In this document: piece by piece, positions 1 through 14,040 of the stretch | How the letters are laid out: every line of letters starts with the position of its first letter | Position numbering within the stretch: position 1 is the first letter of the stretch | Source: Octopus vulgaris | Lineage: Eukaryota | NCBI GenBank assembly: GCA_951406725.2 | Contig: OX597816.1 | Coordinates: forward strand, 62,186,001 to 62,250,000 | DNA: 64,000 nt | Direction of reading: 5' to 3' | Position numbers and translations under genes: made by a program | Notes under the pieces: generated by a model | Database searches by the model: none | The model's input: only the letters and a program-made list of their open reading frames with translations | What the model was told of the DNA's origin: nothing

Positions 1-42
<42 letters not shown>

Positions 43-862
43 GTAGAGAGAGAAAGAGAGGGAGAGAGAGAGAAAGAAATAGTAATAGTAATAGGAGCTG
101 AGTACATGATTTTTCACTGGTATATCTTTTGGTTGATCGACGTAAGACAGACGAAAGAAAAAAGTCGATCTTCGCAGTATATTGAACCCAAAAGATAAAG
201 TGCCGTCACTTAATTCTCAAAAAGATTTTTTTATTTTTTTATTTTTTTATTTTTTTTGCAATCGACCAGCCTTCAATATCTTTGTATCTCATTAATATCT
301 ATGACTAGGGTCTGCTTCAAACGCCAAGAAACAACATCAAACTCAATGAAAAATACCGGTTGCACTTTCCATCTCAGTGCTCTGTTAACCGTTATAAATT
401 CTAGCACATTAAAATTATTGGTTTGTCATAGAAAATACAAAGATTCTTACAAGCAGAGGCAGCTGTACAACCGTAAACTAAATATATGGATCAGAAATCA
501 AACGAATGATTTTTTTTTTTTTCTTTTTCAATACGAATTTATCGAACGTTCAGCTTTTATTTTTTTTATATTTAGTATTATTATTTTATTATTGTTGATG
601 TTATTATTATTATTATTGTTAGTATTGTTGCTGTTGTTGTTGTTGTTGTAAAGCCTCTCTTTTGATTTATTGATTTCTGTAGGTCAAATTTCCGCTCTCG
701 GCCTCATAAAATATTCTATTTGAGAACGACATAGCTATGGTATTGAAATATAAAATTTCATGTATGCATATGTGTTCCTTACACACACACACTTGCGTGT
801 ATATATATATATATACATACATACACACACACATTCATACCCACACACACACACACACACAT

Positions 863-915
<53 letters not shown>

Positions 916-1744
916 AATTTGCGTGTTTGTGTGCTTGCGCATGTGTCTGTACGAACGCATATATGCATGAAGTATCTATGTATGTGTGTAAATGAATGTG
1001 TGTGTGTATGTGTGCGTATTTCGAAAGACTTTCGTCATGGCATTCACACATTCGGTGCTTTCGGTTTAATACACAAAATTTTATGGCGTAGTTCCTTGAA
1101 TCTTCGTGACTTTTAAATATATTAGTTCCATCGTCGTCGTCGCTGTTGTCATTATCATCATCGTTATTGCTGTTACTTTTGTTAAGTACCTCCCACCCGT
1201 GTTAGCTCGCAGGGAACAGACGCCAGATGAAAACTGTAACAGCCGTAAGTACCCTGATTTTTACTTAATGTGTTTTATATGTTATATAGTTTCCAAAAGA
1301 AAGTGTGATGTGTGAGACATTTGGTTGCTCTTGCCAGTTAATTGAATGCATATGTACCCAGTTATTCACGGAATCGAAATTAGCTTGATCTATATCTCGG
1401 ACGCCAAGAATGGCGTAATGTTAAACAGTGAGGCAAGATACAACGAGAAATCTATTTCGAGGCTTCATAATATTGCGTCCAGATAAAATCATGTGAAGAC
1501 CAAAGGTAAGAAACACAATAGTAATAGAGTCAGTGTATATATGCTAAACTCATTTGAGGTATTAAGCTCATAATTGTCAGGTCATAGGTTCGATTTTTGG
1601 AGCAGGGAACGCAAGAAATTCCACTTTACAAAATGCTTTATGTAATACAGAAAGCATCGAACATTTGTATATAACTGAAAGTTATTCAAAACAGGCACAT
1701 GCACACACATATATATGGATTATCAATATGATATATTTAATATA

Positions 1745-1823
<79 letters not shown>

Positions 1824-1839
1824 ATGTATTTTTAAAAAC

Positions 1840-2250
1840 TGCAATCTTGCTGTACTCCGCCCAGTAAGGACATCAGAGATAGTCAAAGTGAAATTGTTCC
1901 GGAAGTGAAAGGGAGAAATAAATATCGGCACTACAAATGTCTTTTGCTTGTGCGATCTATATGCTCACCAGCAAAGAACTTTTCACTCCATATGTATATT
2001 TACCTCTAGTTGGACGAGTTAAGTCATTCCGGCGGTGGAAGAGTGTGTGCCTCTGAGGAGCGCAAATGACCGCGAAATATCGATATGTGTCATTCTCACT
2101 TCCGAAATGATTTCGTTTGCCCTGGCTTTGATGTAAACTGAGTTTTTAAACACAATAAGTTTTTAAAGAAATCTGCTTGGACGAAGTACTGCAGCATCAA
2201 TCACACAGTATGTCATTGAGAATATTATGTCATACTGATAATATTTAAGC
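1840..2250 (+). mobile_element. Non-coding element carrying a degenerate type I hammerhead ribozyme
   Basis: CTGAGGA 2053-2059, stem II GCG/CGC, GAAA 2074-2077, palindromic stem III ATATCGATAT. N17=G and stem I is mismatched, so probably inactive. Lies between (TA)n-rich tracts; boundaries approximate. Confidence 0.55.
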
Positions 2251-2352
2251 TGTATGTATTTGCACACACATTAAAACATACATACGTATACACATGTATG
2301 TATGTATGTATGTATATATTTATGTATGTATTTATGTGTATATATATGTGTG

Positions 2353-2388
<36 letters not shown>

Positions 2389-2958
2389 GTATCCATGTAC
2401 GCACGTATATATATGTATATATGTATATATGTATGCATATATATATGTAGATACGTACATATACGTTTCTATATATATATATATATAGGGTGTTTCGGTG
2501 CTATGATCATCCTGGTTATATTATTTTGGTGTAATACAGCGAAGACAGCATTGTAAAGGGAATCGTTATGATACAACTCTTAATAAAGCTCCTCTACCTT
2601 TTAAATTACTGTAGCGTTTTCAGAAGCATTGTGAGAGGTTTATCATTAAAATTGATTCCGAGAGTATACACCCCATATATTTTAACCATTTTAAAAAATT
2701 CAAACACTACATATCTAAAACTGCATCATTCAATGCAGCTCTATTTATTTGTTTTCGTAAATCTGTTTGATTTCGAGGGAGTTTCTCTATTATTTTATGT
2801 AGGTTCTGCGGCGACTAATTCTGAAAACCATTCCCTATTACGAAGAGCCAATGGAAGGGTTGCACAAGGATGTACGCTCAATAGGCGACGGGATAACATG
2901 CATGTATGTGTATGTGCGTATGCGTGCCCGTGTGCATCTCTATCTGTCTGTCAGTCTG

Positions 2959-2990
<32 letters not shown>

Positions 2991-3010
2991 CTCTCTCTCC
3001 CTCTCCCTCC

Positions 3011-3103
<93 letters not shown>

Positions 3104-3152
3104 CAGCCCAGTGTGGCTGATAAAGAGACATGTCTATATCTATATATATGTT

Positions 3153-3189
<37 letters not shown>

Positions 3190-3192
<3 letters not shown>

Positions 3193-3360
3193 GTTGCAAT
3201 TTAGAAAAACACAAAAGACGAAGACAGGTGTGTAAACCAGAAACAGGTGTATTAGTTTAACGCTCGGGAAGGTGAGAATGTCTTTTATATTTCGAGCCTA
3301 CGCTCTTCAGCAGAAAGGAACACGAGAGAATAAACAGGGCAGTCAATCATGGCGATGGTC
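3190..3360 (-). mobile_element. Short repeat family H2 with variant hammerhead (3282-3317)
   Basis: Minus strand CTTT-CTGCTGAA-GAGC gtag GCTC-GAAA-TAT-A-AAAG. Homologous to 42047-42245, 56449-56640 and 62430-62550; 3' end abuts (TA)n. Confidence 0.7.
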
Positions 3361-3391
3361 GGGCAGAGTTAGTCAGACAGGAGAGCTTATC

Positions 3392-3492
3392 CTTTTATTT
3401 GTTTCAGTCATTTGACTGCGGCCATGCTAGAGCATCACCTGTCAAGCAATGGTGGGGGACAGACGCACAGTCATACTCACACACAACACACA

Positions 3493-3541
<49 letters not shown>

Positions 3542-3697
3542 GACAGGCTTCTTTCTGTTTCCGTCAACCGAATCCACTCACAAGGCTTTGGTCGCCCCCA
3601 GCCTATAGTAAAAGACACTCGACGAATGTTCCACGCAGTGGGACTGAACCAGTAACCATGTGGTTGGTAAGCAATATACTTACCACACAGCCACTCC

Positions 3698-3700
<3 letters not shown>
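3392..3700 (-). mobile_element. tRNA-derived SINE family B (internally deleted) with internal (TA)n
   Basis: Head (minus) GGAGTGGCTGTGTGGTAAG...GGTTCAGTCCCAC with A/B-box-like motifs; tail CAGCATGGCCGCAGTCAAATGACTGAAAC. Matches 15340-15780. Confidence 0.85.
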
Positions 3701-3792
<92 letters not shown>

Positions 3793-4453
3793 TATCTATA
3801 TCTTATAAATAGAACTACATGCGTACAGACACACAAAAATATATATATGTGTGTGTGTGTGAGCTTGCGCGTGCGTATGCGTGTGTGTGCGTGCGTGAGT
3901 GCATGTGTTCGAGTGGGTCTGTATGAACTATCATGCATGATATCATTTTAAGTAATTAAGCGTTCGCATATATCTATATACACGCACATACAAATATGTG
4001 TATACATGAGTACATAGCTAAATACATTCATGCATATATACAGAAATATATATCTACATGTTTGTGTGTATGTGTGTGTGTGTGTCTGTATGTGTGTGTG
4101 TGTGTATGTGCGTGTTTGTGTGTATGTATACATATACATATGTTGAGACATACTTGTATACAGCAACGAAAGCATTATGCATGACACTTCATAAGGAAGT
4201 CAATATCAGTGATGGGATACGTAGGTGAAGGATATCGTATCATGCATAGTGGAGCAGAAGTTTTTTTCTTAATATTTAGATATCTACAATACTAAACAGA
4301 AAACAAGTTGTGCACTGAAAGACATCAAAAGCGTGAACTTTCCTAACAACCTCTTATGTTCTATTATTAATAGAAAATACCTACATACATAGATGTTCAC
4401 TATATATGCATGTATACACATACACACATAAATATATGCATATATGTAAACTT

Positions 4454-4506
<53 letters not shown>

Positions 4507-4760
4507 GTACATGTATATATATATATATATGTAAATGTATATGTCTCTCTCTCTCTCTATATATATATATATGTGTGTGTGAGTGTGTATGTACATGCAC
4601 ACATTTATACATTTATATAGTGAATTCCTTTTGAAGAGCGAGTAACTAGTCAGTCTTGACACCTAAAATGATGCCTTGAAAATAAAAAGAACTAACGAAC
4701 TGAACGAAACGATTCTAAAAAGTGAGATTGGTGAAGACAGAGAAAGACCGAAGAGAGAGA

Positions 4761-4798
<38 letters not shown>

Positions 4799-6016
4799 TG
4801 AGAGAGCACGATATAGTTGGAAGGAGATAAGTAAGAAGAAAACAAAACAAAACATATTACACAAGAATGTGAAACTCATAAACAATAATAAAACAAAAAA
4901 CAACACGCCTATACTATTTATTTAAGATAGTAATCTCTCTGAGAGTTGTTATGTGTATAAAATTTTCTTTCATCTTCGCTACGTTTCGATGTACATCCGG
5001 AAGTCTTTCTTTAAAATACAAACATTGCACCTGATAATAATTTCAAGCAGATTTTTATCATTTACTCACCATTCTTTTATTCCTTTCTCTTTTCCCCCTC
5101 TCTCTTTCTCTGTCTCTCTCTGTCTCTCTCTCTCTGTCTGTTTCTCTCTCTCTTTTCTCCATCTCGCGCTCTCCTAAACTCACTTCCTCCAGCCTAGACA
5201 TTTTGTTCCAACCCTCTCTTAATCTCTATTTCTCGAAGCACCAAGCACAGTCTCTTGATTCCGCTACCATCAAGTATTTTTTCCTCTTCAGTGCCTTTTT
5301 CTCTCTCTTCTCCCTCTTTATGCGCGCGCGCGCGTATGTGTGTCTGTCTGTGTATTAGCATATGTGTATGCGTATGTATCCGTCATTCCTGTATCAAACC
5401 AGACACACTCCTATACTCTCTCGATCTCTCTTTCTTTCTCTTACACATTTCCCCAGAATGTCACTTCTATCTTGCTCTCTCTCTTTTCCTCTCTCCCACA
5501 TCCATCCATCCTCTCTCTCTCTCCCTTTCTCTACACTGTTATTCCCCAGAATGTTAGATATCTCTCTTACTCTTTCTCTTTTCCCCTCTCCCTCTCCCCT
5601 ATCTCTCTCTTTCTCTCACACAGAGTCTTTCACCAATATCTCCTAGGACTCTCTCTCTTTCCCACGCTATCTGACTTCTGTTATATTTCTTTTTCATTCA
5701 CCCGCTCCAAACCCCGAACCCCACATACTTATTTTATCTTTGTTCTCTTTCAAATACATTGCCGTGTGTTTACGGGTATCTATACCCGTAGTAAATATGC
5801 GTATGGATGTATACTTGTGAAAGAATTAGTGAGCTTACAAATGATTCTGTACGTTTGCGTGCGTTTAAATATAAATATATTTAAACATGATTTCTTTTAT
5901 GTGAGCCGACATGTAAATATGTACGCATATGGTACATGATTTTATGTAAATGTGTTGCGGGTGTATATAGAATTATATGTATGCACGCACACAAGCACCC
6001 ACAAACAAACACACAA

Positions 6017-6051
<35 letters not shown>

Positions 6052-6207
6052 TATACATATATATAATCTCCCACACCTACATCCGCAAACACACGTGTAT
6101 ACATATATAGACGTACACACACACACACACACACACATACACATGTATAAATAAACATAAACAGATACATTCACTTACATACTCATATTACAATTGGGAA
6201 ATAAATA

Positions 6208-6211
6208 AATA

Positions 6212-6249
<38 letters not shown>

Positions 6250-6265
6250 CAATAATAATAATAAC

Positions 6266-6321
<56 letters not shown>

Positions 6322-6336
6322 TGATGATGATGATGA
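6208..6336. repeat. (AAT)n/(GAT)n microsatellite; a second (AAC)/(AAT)n tract lies at ~6712-6820
   Basis: Direct inspection. Confidence 0.95.
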
Positions 6337-6750
6337 TAAAGCCACATAAAAACAGGCGTGAAAGGAAAAAATACCGAGAGGCAAAACTTTGTGTGTTTGT
6401 GTGTTTGTGTGCGTGTGTGTGTGTGAGTGTGTGTGTATGCGTGTGTATAGCGGGAGAAAGTAAGAGAGAGCAAAGAAGAGAGAAGAAGAGAGAAAGAGAG
6501 AGAGAGGAAGTAATAGGGAAGAAGAAAGTAGGAGAGAGAAAATTTATTGATACATGTATAGAAGTATACATATGTATAAGTATATACATCCATATGTATA
6601 TAAGAATTCCCCTTGCACGTTGCATTATATATATATATATTTATATATATATATATATTTATATATATAAAAGATTCTTTTTCCAATATCAGTAATAAAA
6701 AATAAATTAATAACAGCAACAAAACAACAACAACAACAACAACAATAATA

Positions 6751-6807
<57 letters not shown>

Positions 6808-7703
6808 TCATAATAATAATCCATACGAGAGGTAATATTTTACTGTTTCTTTGCTATATTTGTGTACTGACTTTATTGTTCAAATGTATTTTGTTTGTTT
6901 TCTTTTTTAATTCTAGCTGTTACTTTTTTTATAGTGTTGTATTTTTCTTCTCTTACGAGTGCTTTTGTGTTATTATTGACTAAGGGCAAACCTAATGGCT
7001 TAAAAATAAAAGAAATAACAAATTTAGGAGCGAATTTATTGCATTTTATATTTATAAATATTTTTTTCTTGTGTTTTGACGTTTCGATTCTATGTTAATC
7101 TTTATATTTTACTGTACCTATGCCTATGCCGTCCTGTAGAGGTGTGTGTGTGTTCGTGTGTGTTTATCTACAATTATATATACATATATACATATATATA
7201 AAAAAATATATATATATATATGTGAGTGTGTGTGTGTGTGTGTGTGTTTATCTATGTGTAACTGCGTATGTCTAGCGTGTTGACCTTTTGCTTACCTCCG
7301 CATCAAATGGTATAAAATTAGAAATTGGAAAGAAACAAAGACAAAAAACAATGGCAACTTCTACAGCGCTTCTCTTCCCCCAAAACTATTTCAAGAACTG
7401 TTGGTAAATATTAAATTCCAAGGTATTTATTAGATATCTATTGGTTTTTAGGGTCACATAAAAAGATATTAAAAAACAGTAACTGATTTTCGAAAAGTAA
7501 TCGAGCTTCCATAACTGGATGTCAGAGAAATATTTGACTTGTTTATTAAACAAGAATTGTTAACGTGACCTGATCTGTTACTGCTCACCGACAATATTGA
7601 AACGTTTTGAGATGTAACACGACTACGCTAGCACATAAGACGCATAGATACCTAATATATTAATTAAAGGTCCTTTAATATATTAATTAAAAGTACTTCT
7701 CAG

Positions 7704-7998
7704 AAAGGCGGCAAGCTGGCAGAAAAGGCGGCAAGCTGGCAGAGAAGGCGGCAAGCTGGCAGAGAAGGCGGCAAGCTGGCAGAAACGTTAGCACGCCGGG
7801 CGAAATGCGTAGCTGTATTTCGTCTGCCGTTACGTTCTGAGTTCAAATTCTGCCGAGGTTGACTTTGCCTTTCATCCTTTCGGGGTCGATAAATTAAGTA
7901 CAAGTTATGCACTGGGGTCGATGTAATCGACATAATCCGTTTGTCTGTCCTTGTTTGTCCTCTCTGTGTTTAGCCCCTTGTGAGTGGTAAAGAAATAG
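7704..7998 (+). mobile_element. tRNA-derived SINE family A, full length, 5' head repeated four times
   Basis: GGCGGCAAGCTGGCAGAA head, B box GAGTTCAAATTC, core GCCTTTCATCCTTTCGGGGTCGATAAATTAAGTAC (resembles the Meta/MESC SINE domain, from memory). TSD GTACTTCTCAG at 7693-7703 and 7999-8009. Confidence 0.9.
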
Positions 7999-8111
7999 GT
8001 ACTTCTCAGTCACAGGCGAAAACATGTGACTGTAATCCATAAATGAGTAAACACACATACACAGAAAATACCCACTCACGTACGCACACAGACACAGACA
8101 CACACATATTT

Positions 8112-8330
8112 ATAGGTTTCAAATTCTGGAATAAGGCCAGCACTTTAGTGGGAGCAGGTAAAACGATTACATTGATCCCAGTACACAACTGGTACATATG
8201 TTATTGACCCAGAAATGGTGAAATGCAAATTCGTCCTCGACGGTATTTGAACTCAGAACGTAAAGACGTACGACATGCCAGTTACCATTTTGCCTGGCGT
8301 TCTAACAATTCTGCCAGCACTCTACCTTAA
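8112..8330 (-). mobile_element. SINE family A, diverged subfamily
   Basis: Reverse-complement match to family A (ATTTGAACTCAGAACGTAAAGAC...TTCTGCCAGC). Confidence 0.8.
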
Positions 8331-8659
8331 CAAGAAGCACAGACACACGCGCGCGCACGCTTCTTGTCTGACCCACACGTATTTGCAACTCAGATGTAGT
8401 TTTAATTCTGTCAGAATAATAACCATTTTATTATGAGGAGCTAAACGAGTTGAGGCGCCTCTACTGGAACAATAATGAAAAGGAAAACAAAAGTTACATT
8501 CACATATAAAGGTTACAATCCCTCACTCAGACGTACGATGATATAATCCACCGACGATCACTCTCATCGTATCCCTGTTGCTCTTTTGTGCTTATAGACT
8601 TTGTCACGCGGTACAAATATGCTACATGTATTTATGCATGCATACATACATGCATACAT

Positions 8660-9115
8660 ACGCCTTACTTCCCTGGGCATGGATACATTGAAACTCCGAC
8701 GTCTGGCAGCTGACTTGGCAGACACCCATAAAATTATTAACCATCTTACTAACAATAACTCTGAGCACCTTTTCAAACACCATCTCTCTAACACCTGTGG
8801 ATATGCTTACAAAGTCAGAAAATAGCACAGCTCCCATGACTTTCGGAAACATTTTTTCGTGATAAGAGTTGCTGAAGCATGGAACAAACTGCCGGCATCA
8901 GTTGTTAGTTGTCGGAGCACTGCATCCTTCAAAACTGCCATGCTTTCTGAGATTCGCCAACACTACACATGATTTTTTCCCTTCCATGCACACGCAAGCA
9001 TGTATCTGACTCATACACTGTTCGCTTCCCAGACATTTGTACATTACTGCATATGCTCTATTCCTGAGCACTGTATACAATAATTTCATCATTATTATTA
9101 TCATTATCATTATTT
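8660..9115 (+). mobile_element. CR1-group LINE 3' fragment (ORF2 C-terminus, 3'UTR, (ATT)n tail)
   Basis: Translates RLTSLGMDTLKLRRLAADL...FRKHFFVIRVAEAWNKLPASVV, the LxxRR..DL / FF..RV...WNxLP motif of CR1 ORF2; one in-frame stop. Confidence 0.85.
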
Positions 9116-9184
9116 ACAAGTATGTATATGGGTATCTGCACTGATACACACTCCGACAAAAGAGCTCGAAGCTTTAAAAAGAAA

Positions 9185-9285
9185 TAGGTACTGGGGTAGA
9201 TTAGTTTGACTAAAATTCATCAAGGCGGTACCCCAGCATGGCCGCAATCTAATGACTGAATCAAATAAACGATAAAAGATAAGTA
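9185..9285 (+). mobile_element. SINE family B 3' tail
   Basis: GGCGGTACCCCAGCATGGCCGCAATCTAATGACTGAATC. Confidence 0.75.
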
Positions 9286-10964
9286 GTCATAAGTTTGATG
9301 TTTCCGGTCATGTTTGATCCCTGCATATCATGATCTAATACATAATCTCTAGAATTTAGAATGATTTGAATGTATACAGTTCCTCCGTGAAGCGTATTCA
9401 CTGGTCAGCTACGTGAAATAACGACCGGAAAATCTTTCAAATATACCTTCTATATGAAGAACATTTAGTTAAGTACACGCTGACATATTTAATGTAGGGA
9501 GCCATAAGTTACTTTCAATGAAATTACCTTTGTCAGGGATATATGGGGGAACTTCTTTAACGTTAATGAGAATTCTTATTAAGGAAACAAAAGAGAGAAT
9601 TCTGAATCTCAATCTGATTACAAATCAAAATGGTCATGTAGTAAAGAATTGCTTTGATGTTTTTTTACGTTTTTCTTTCTGTTTGCTTAATCAGGAAAAA
9701 ATTGTCATACAAAGCATTATTTTCTCAAATCAGTCCATGTTCTATTAGTACATGTTATATTACGTTTCACTGAGGGTGCATCAAAAAACCGAAATACATC
9801 CACCTATGCAATGTTCTGTTTCGCATAAACAAAGCATTTATTCCTGCTCTTTAACGATTATGCCAGCACGCTGCCTTACTCACTGCGGTAGTGTCGGCGG
9901 CAACTGCTGTGGTTTTTGCAGTAGCAGAGGAGGTGGTGAAGAAGGTGGCGGCGGTGTGATTTCCATTGGTAGTTGCGGTGAGTGTTCTGGAGAACGTGTC
10001 AGCGGTGGCCACAATGCAGTGACAATTGGAGTGGTGATTATGTTAATGGAATTATAACATAGCCTTCTCGAAGTAAATGCTTTTGGCAGTAAGCAGAATT
10101 ATTTCTTCCAATTTTCTGTATGGTTTTCACACTTTTCTATTAAAAGAAGCATGTCCTTTTTCTTCTGCTGACTTGTATAGTGAAGCAGTTCTTGCAGTCT
10201 TCTTGGAAAATATTCAACAGATTTCTTCATCTATTCTTTATGCATTGTAACAAAATGTCGCAGAAATTTGACCGGCTTCATACATTCATTAAGTAATACT
10301 TCATACTTTCATTAAATACATACAGGTGGCCTTTGAGCCACCTGTATATACATCTAAACTATGTATACTCATCACAGTTTACAAATGTTGTTTTGAATCT
10401 TGAGCCAGTATTTTTTTCATTTAACATGCTGTATTTGATACTGTATTTATTCCACTTTTATTTTTGTTGTTTGTATGTCTTCAGATTTTAACCGGCGAAC
10501 CATAATTGCCAGGGCATTATATGGTCAGTTGTACAAATAATATTTGTTCTGATGTTGTTAAAATTATTATGAAGAGAATAAGAAAGATGCATGTATCGTA
10601 GATTTTAATCAAATACGTTGTGTTCTAAAGCATTCCTTAAATTAATGCCGGTCAAAAAACGATATACTGCGTTCACACCTGCTCCTTTACATTAATATTG
10701 CTAATCGTTAGTTTAGGTTGAGAATGCGCATGACAAAATAATATATATCTTATTTACAATATACAGAATTCATAGTTTGGACTGGATTGGATTGGATTGC
10801 CTGTGTTCAGTCCACTGTAGGACGTGGGCTTCAACATTTTCTCTCCATCAACCAATTCCTGTTGTGTTGGCTTGAGTGTTGGTTTGATGAGCCTACTCTA
10901 CCACACTGGCTCGACATGGTTTAGTAGAGGGGTGCACTTTATACTCATACCCAGGAGTAGTTAA

Positions 10965-11122
10965 CTCGATTAAATCGACCCAGTACCCAACTGGTACTTA
11001 TTTTATCGACCCCGAAACGCAAACTCGACCTTGGAGGAATTTAAACTCAGAACGTAAAGACAGATGAAATACCGCTAAGCATTTCGTCTGGCATGCTGAC
11101 GGTTTTACCAGCTCACCGCCTT
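10965..11122 (-). mobile_element. SINE family A, diverged
   Basis: CTGGTACTTATTTTATCGACCCCGAAA...CCAGCTCACCGCC. Confidence 0.8.
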
Positions 11123-12219
11123 TATTCAGAGTAAGAGTTTCAAATCTTATATCAATATTTTTGCTCATACGATTTGATTATTAGAGTTCAGAAATCAAAA
11201 TCATAAGCAGTCACTGTGTATTCAGAACGCCTTTATCGTGTGATAGAACGTTGTGGAAGTTGACCTTGTAATAATTTATACAAAATTACGGACATACTGT
11301 TTTTTCAACAAACGTACAGGGAGTAATTGTACATATTACATTACTTACACTTGCAATTTTGAATTCTGTTCTCGCTAATTAATATGGGAACCACTGAATT
11401 CTTGAAGTTAGTGACAAGATAGTATTACTGTTGTTAAACCCCCAGATGAACTCTGATCGAGGATATCTATAATGAAAGCCATTTCACTATTGACCCTTTT
11501 GTGTTTATGTATATCCGAGATTAACTTTAAGACTGCATGATATGATTTGGAGGAGGTGTGGCTGATATTTCTAGCATGTCGAGCGTTCACCTACAGGTCA
11601 CCATTTTGGAATTGCTTTCAATGATAAAACCTCTTCTACTCTGAGTAAAGAGAAGTTGTCCTTAAACATATTTCTACCATGTCAAACCCAAATTATTATA
11701 TACCATAGCCAAGGAACGGTGTATTGAAAGAATCGTCAGGCAATTTATTTAGCATTAGTTCTGATTCTTTACAATGTGAGTTCAATTCCTACTACAGCCA
11801 ATATTGTCATTCAACTGTCTAGTCTAGCACTAGGGTCGAAGGTATCAACTAATCCTTGACCCAAAATTGGAGGCCTTTTGCCTATATTACAAACAATTAC
11901 ATACCATGGGCTTCATTGCTCGACATGCCCTTCATTATTTAAGATGAGGTTGCGAATAATTTCTTGCACATTTAGTTACTATACAGAAACCCATTCGTTG
12001 GAATTTGACTTCCTTCCCTCATTGCCGCTTCTGGTGGCAACAAAATGATTACTGTCTGAAAGAGCTATATTTACAAGTTAGTGTTAGCAAAAAACAAGCA
12101 TCGGTCGATTCACATATATCTTTGCTTTATCGCGAAAAGATTTATTATTTTCGTCATATTTTGATTACCTTCTGACTGGATGTGTTTAATTTGTTATTTA
12201 TGGCTGTTAGTATCTTAAG

Positions 12220-12268
<49 letters not shown>

Positions 12269-12551
12269 CACTATTATATCATATATTTAGAATGATGAAA
12301 TTTATCTTGTATTCAGTATGTTCACTAGTAAGAATGATAAAGGGGTTGCTGTACAAAATTTTATTGGCTAAATATCGATTGAAATATATTAACAAATTCT
12401 ATTAATAACACTGAATGTCTTCGTGACATTGCTCTTGCTGATATTTATACGTTGAACATATTAAATACTTACTAACGCGATATATTCAGTTCAACACCAC
12501 TGAATAGGTCTTGGTAGATGTTTATCCTACGTATCTGTATATATAAAAGGC

Positions 12552-12601
<50 letters not shown>

Positions 12602-13008
12602 TACGTACGTGAATGTTATTTATTCACGTCCACATGTCGCTCCAATTTTAGGAGGACATTCGTCATGATCTTAGCTGCATTTTCGTCAACTTATTATTCA
12701 CAGAGGCACCAGCGAATAGCAGTAAAAATATTTTTTCAGCCAAAACTTTTAACAATTTTCAAGTCGGAGAAATTACCATTGTTTGCAAACACGAGTTAAG
12801 TCCCCTTCGAGCGACGAGTAAGTTTTTGTTAAGACTTTGGTTGTTGTTTCTTTCCATCGAGGAAAAAAGTGTTTTGTTGATATACGGGCAACACTGACGC
12901 ACACACACAAACATGTATGCGTTCAAAAAACATGTATGCAATAGGTGTACGTACGTATGTGTGTGTTGCCCATATATACATACATACACACATACATACA
13001 TACATACA

Positions 13009-13081
<73 letters not shown>

Positions 13082-13086
<5 letters not shown>

Positions 13087-14040
13087 ATAATGAGGGAGAT
13101 AAATTAATATTAATTTTAATATCAATTTAAAACCAGTAGTCCAGCATACAAAAATCTGAGAAATCAGAGAAAATTCTAATATATGTGTATATTGGCAGGG
13201 CTTACTGCTAGGGAGTCGGCCGTATGCTAGAAATAGACCATCAACGATCAAACTACAAGGAAATTCTCTAGAGGAAAAATACAGCGAACACCAGAACTAA
13301 CTTTGTATTTTTCGTCTAGAGAATTTCCTTGTAGTTTGATCGTTGATGGTCTATTTCTAGCATACGGCCGACTCCCTAGCAGTCTTGCCCTGCCAATATA
13401 CACATATATTAGAATTTTCTCTGATTTCTCAGATTTTTGTATGCTGGACTACTGGTTTTAAATTGATATTAAAATTAATATTAATTTATCTCCCTCATTA
13501 TTAAATATTGAAATAAATACGTTCTCTAGTACAAAGCACCGACCGCAGTGAATTATTTACTGCAGCCCTTCGCCTCAGAAATTTATTAGCGCGCCAGAAC
13601 CAAGACATTTGAAATTTTATCACTGGTGTAATCGGTAAAGCTACACACGTGTCTGTACTGGCACGAAAGCTGGGGTTAGCTTTTCAGTTTACATCAAAAT
13701 GAACGGATGCACTGAAGAAGCACGGACATTTGAATTACGTAAATAATTCTTTTGTTAAGGCTGAAACCGAGGTATGCATTTAATTCTGTTTTTAATATAA
13801 ATTTGCATATGTCATGCCCGCCAAAGTTGGTTCTGGTGTTCGCTGTATTTTTCCTCTAGAGAATTTCCTTGTAGTTTGATCGTTGATGGTCTATTTCTAG
13901 CATACGGCCGACTCCCTAGCAGTAAGCCCTGCCAATATACACATATATTAGAATTTTCTCTGATTTCTCAGATTTTTGTATGCTGGACTACTGGTTTTAA
14001 ATTGATATTAAAATTAATATTAATTTATCTCCCTCATTAT

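Noticed and set aside
9752-10057. Gly/Cys-rich 101-aa ORF
   Set aside because: Degenerate (GGT/GCA)n low-complexity sequence.
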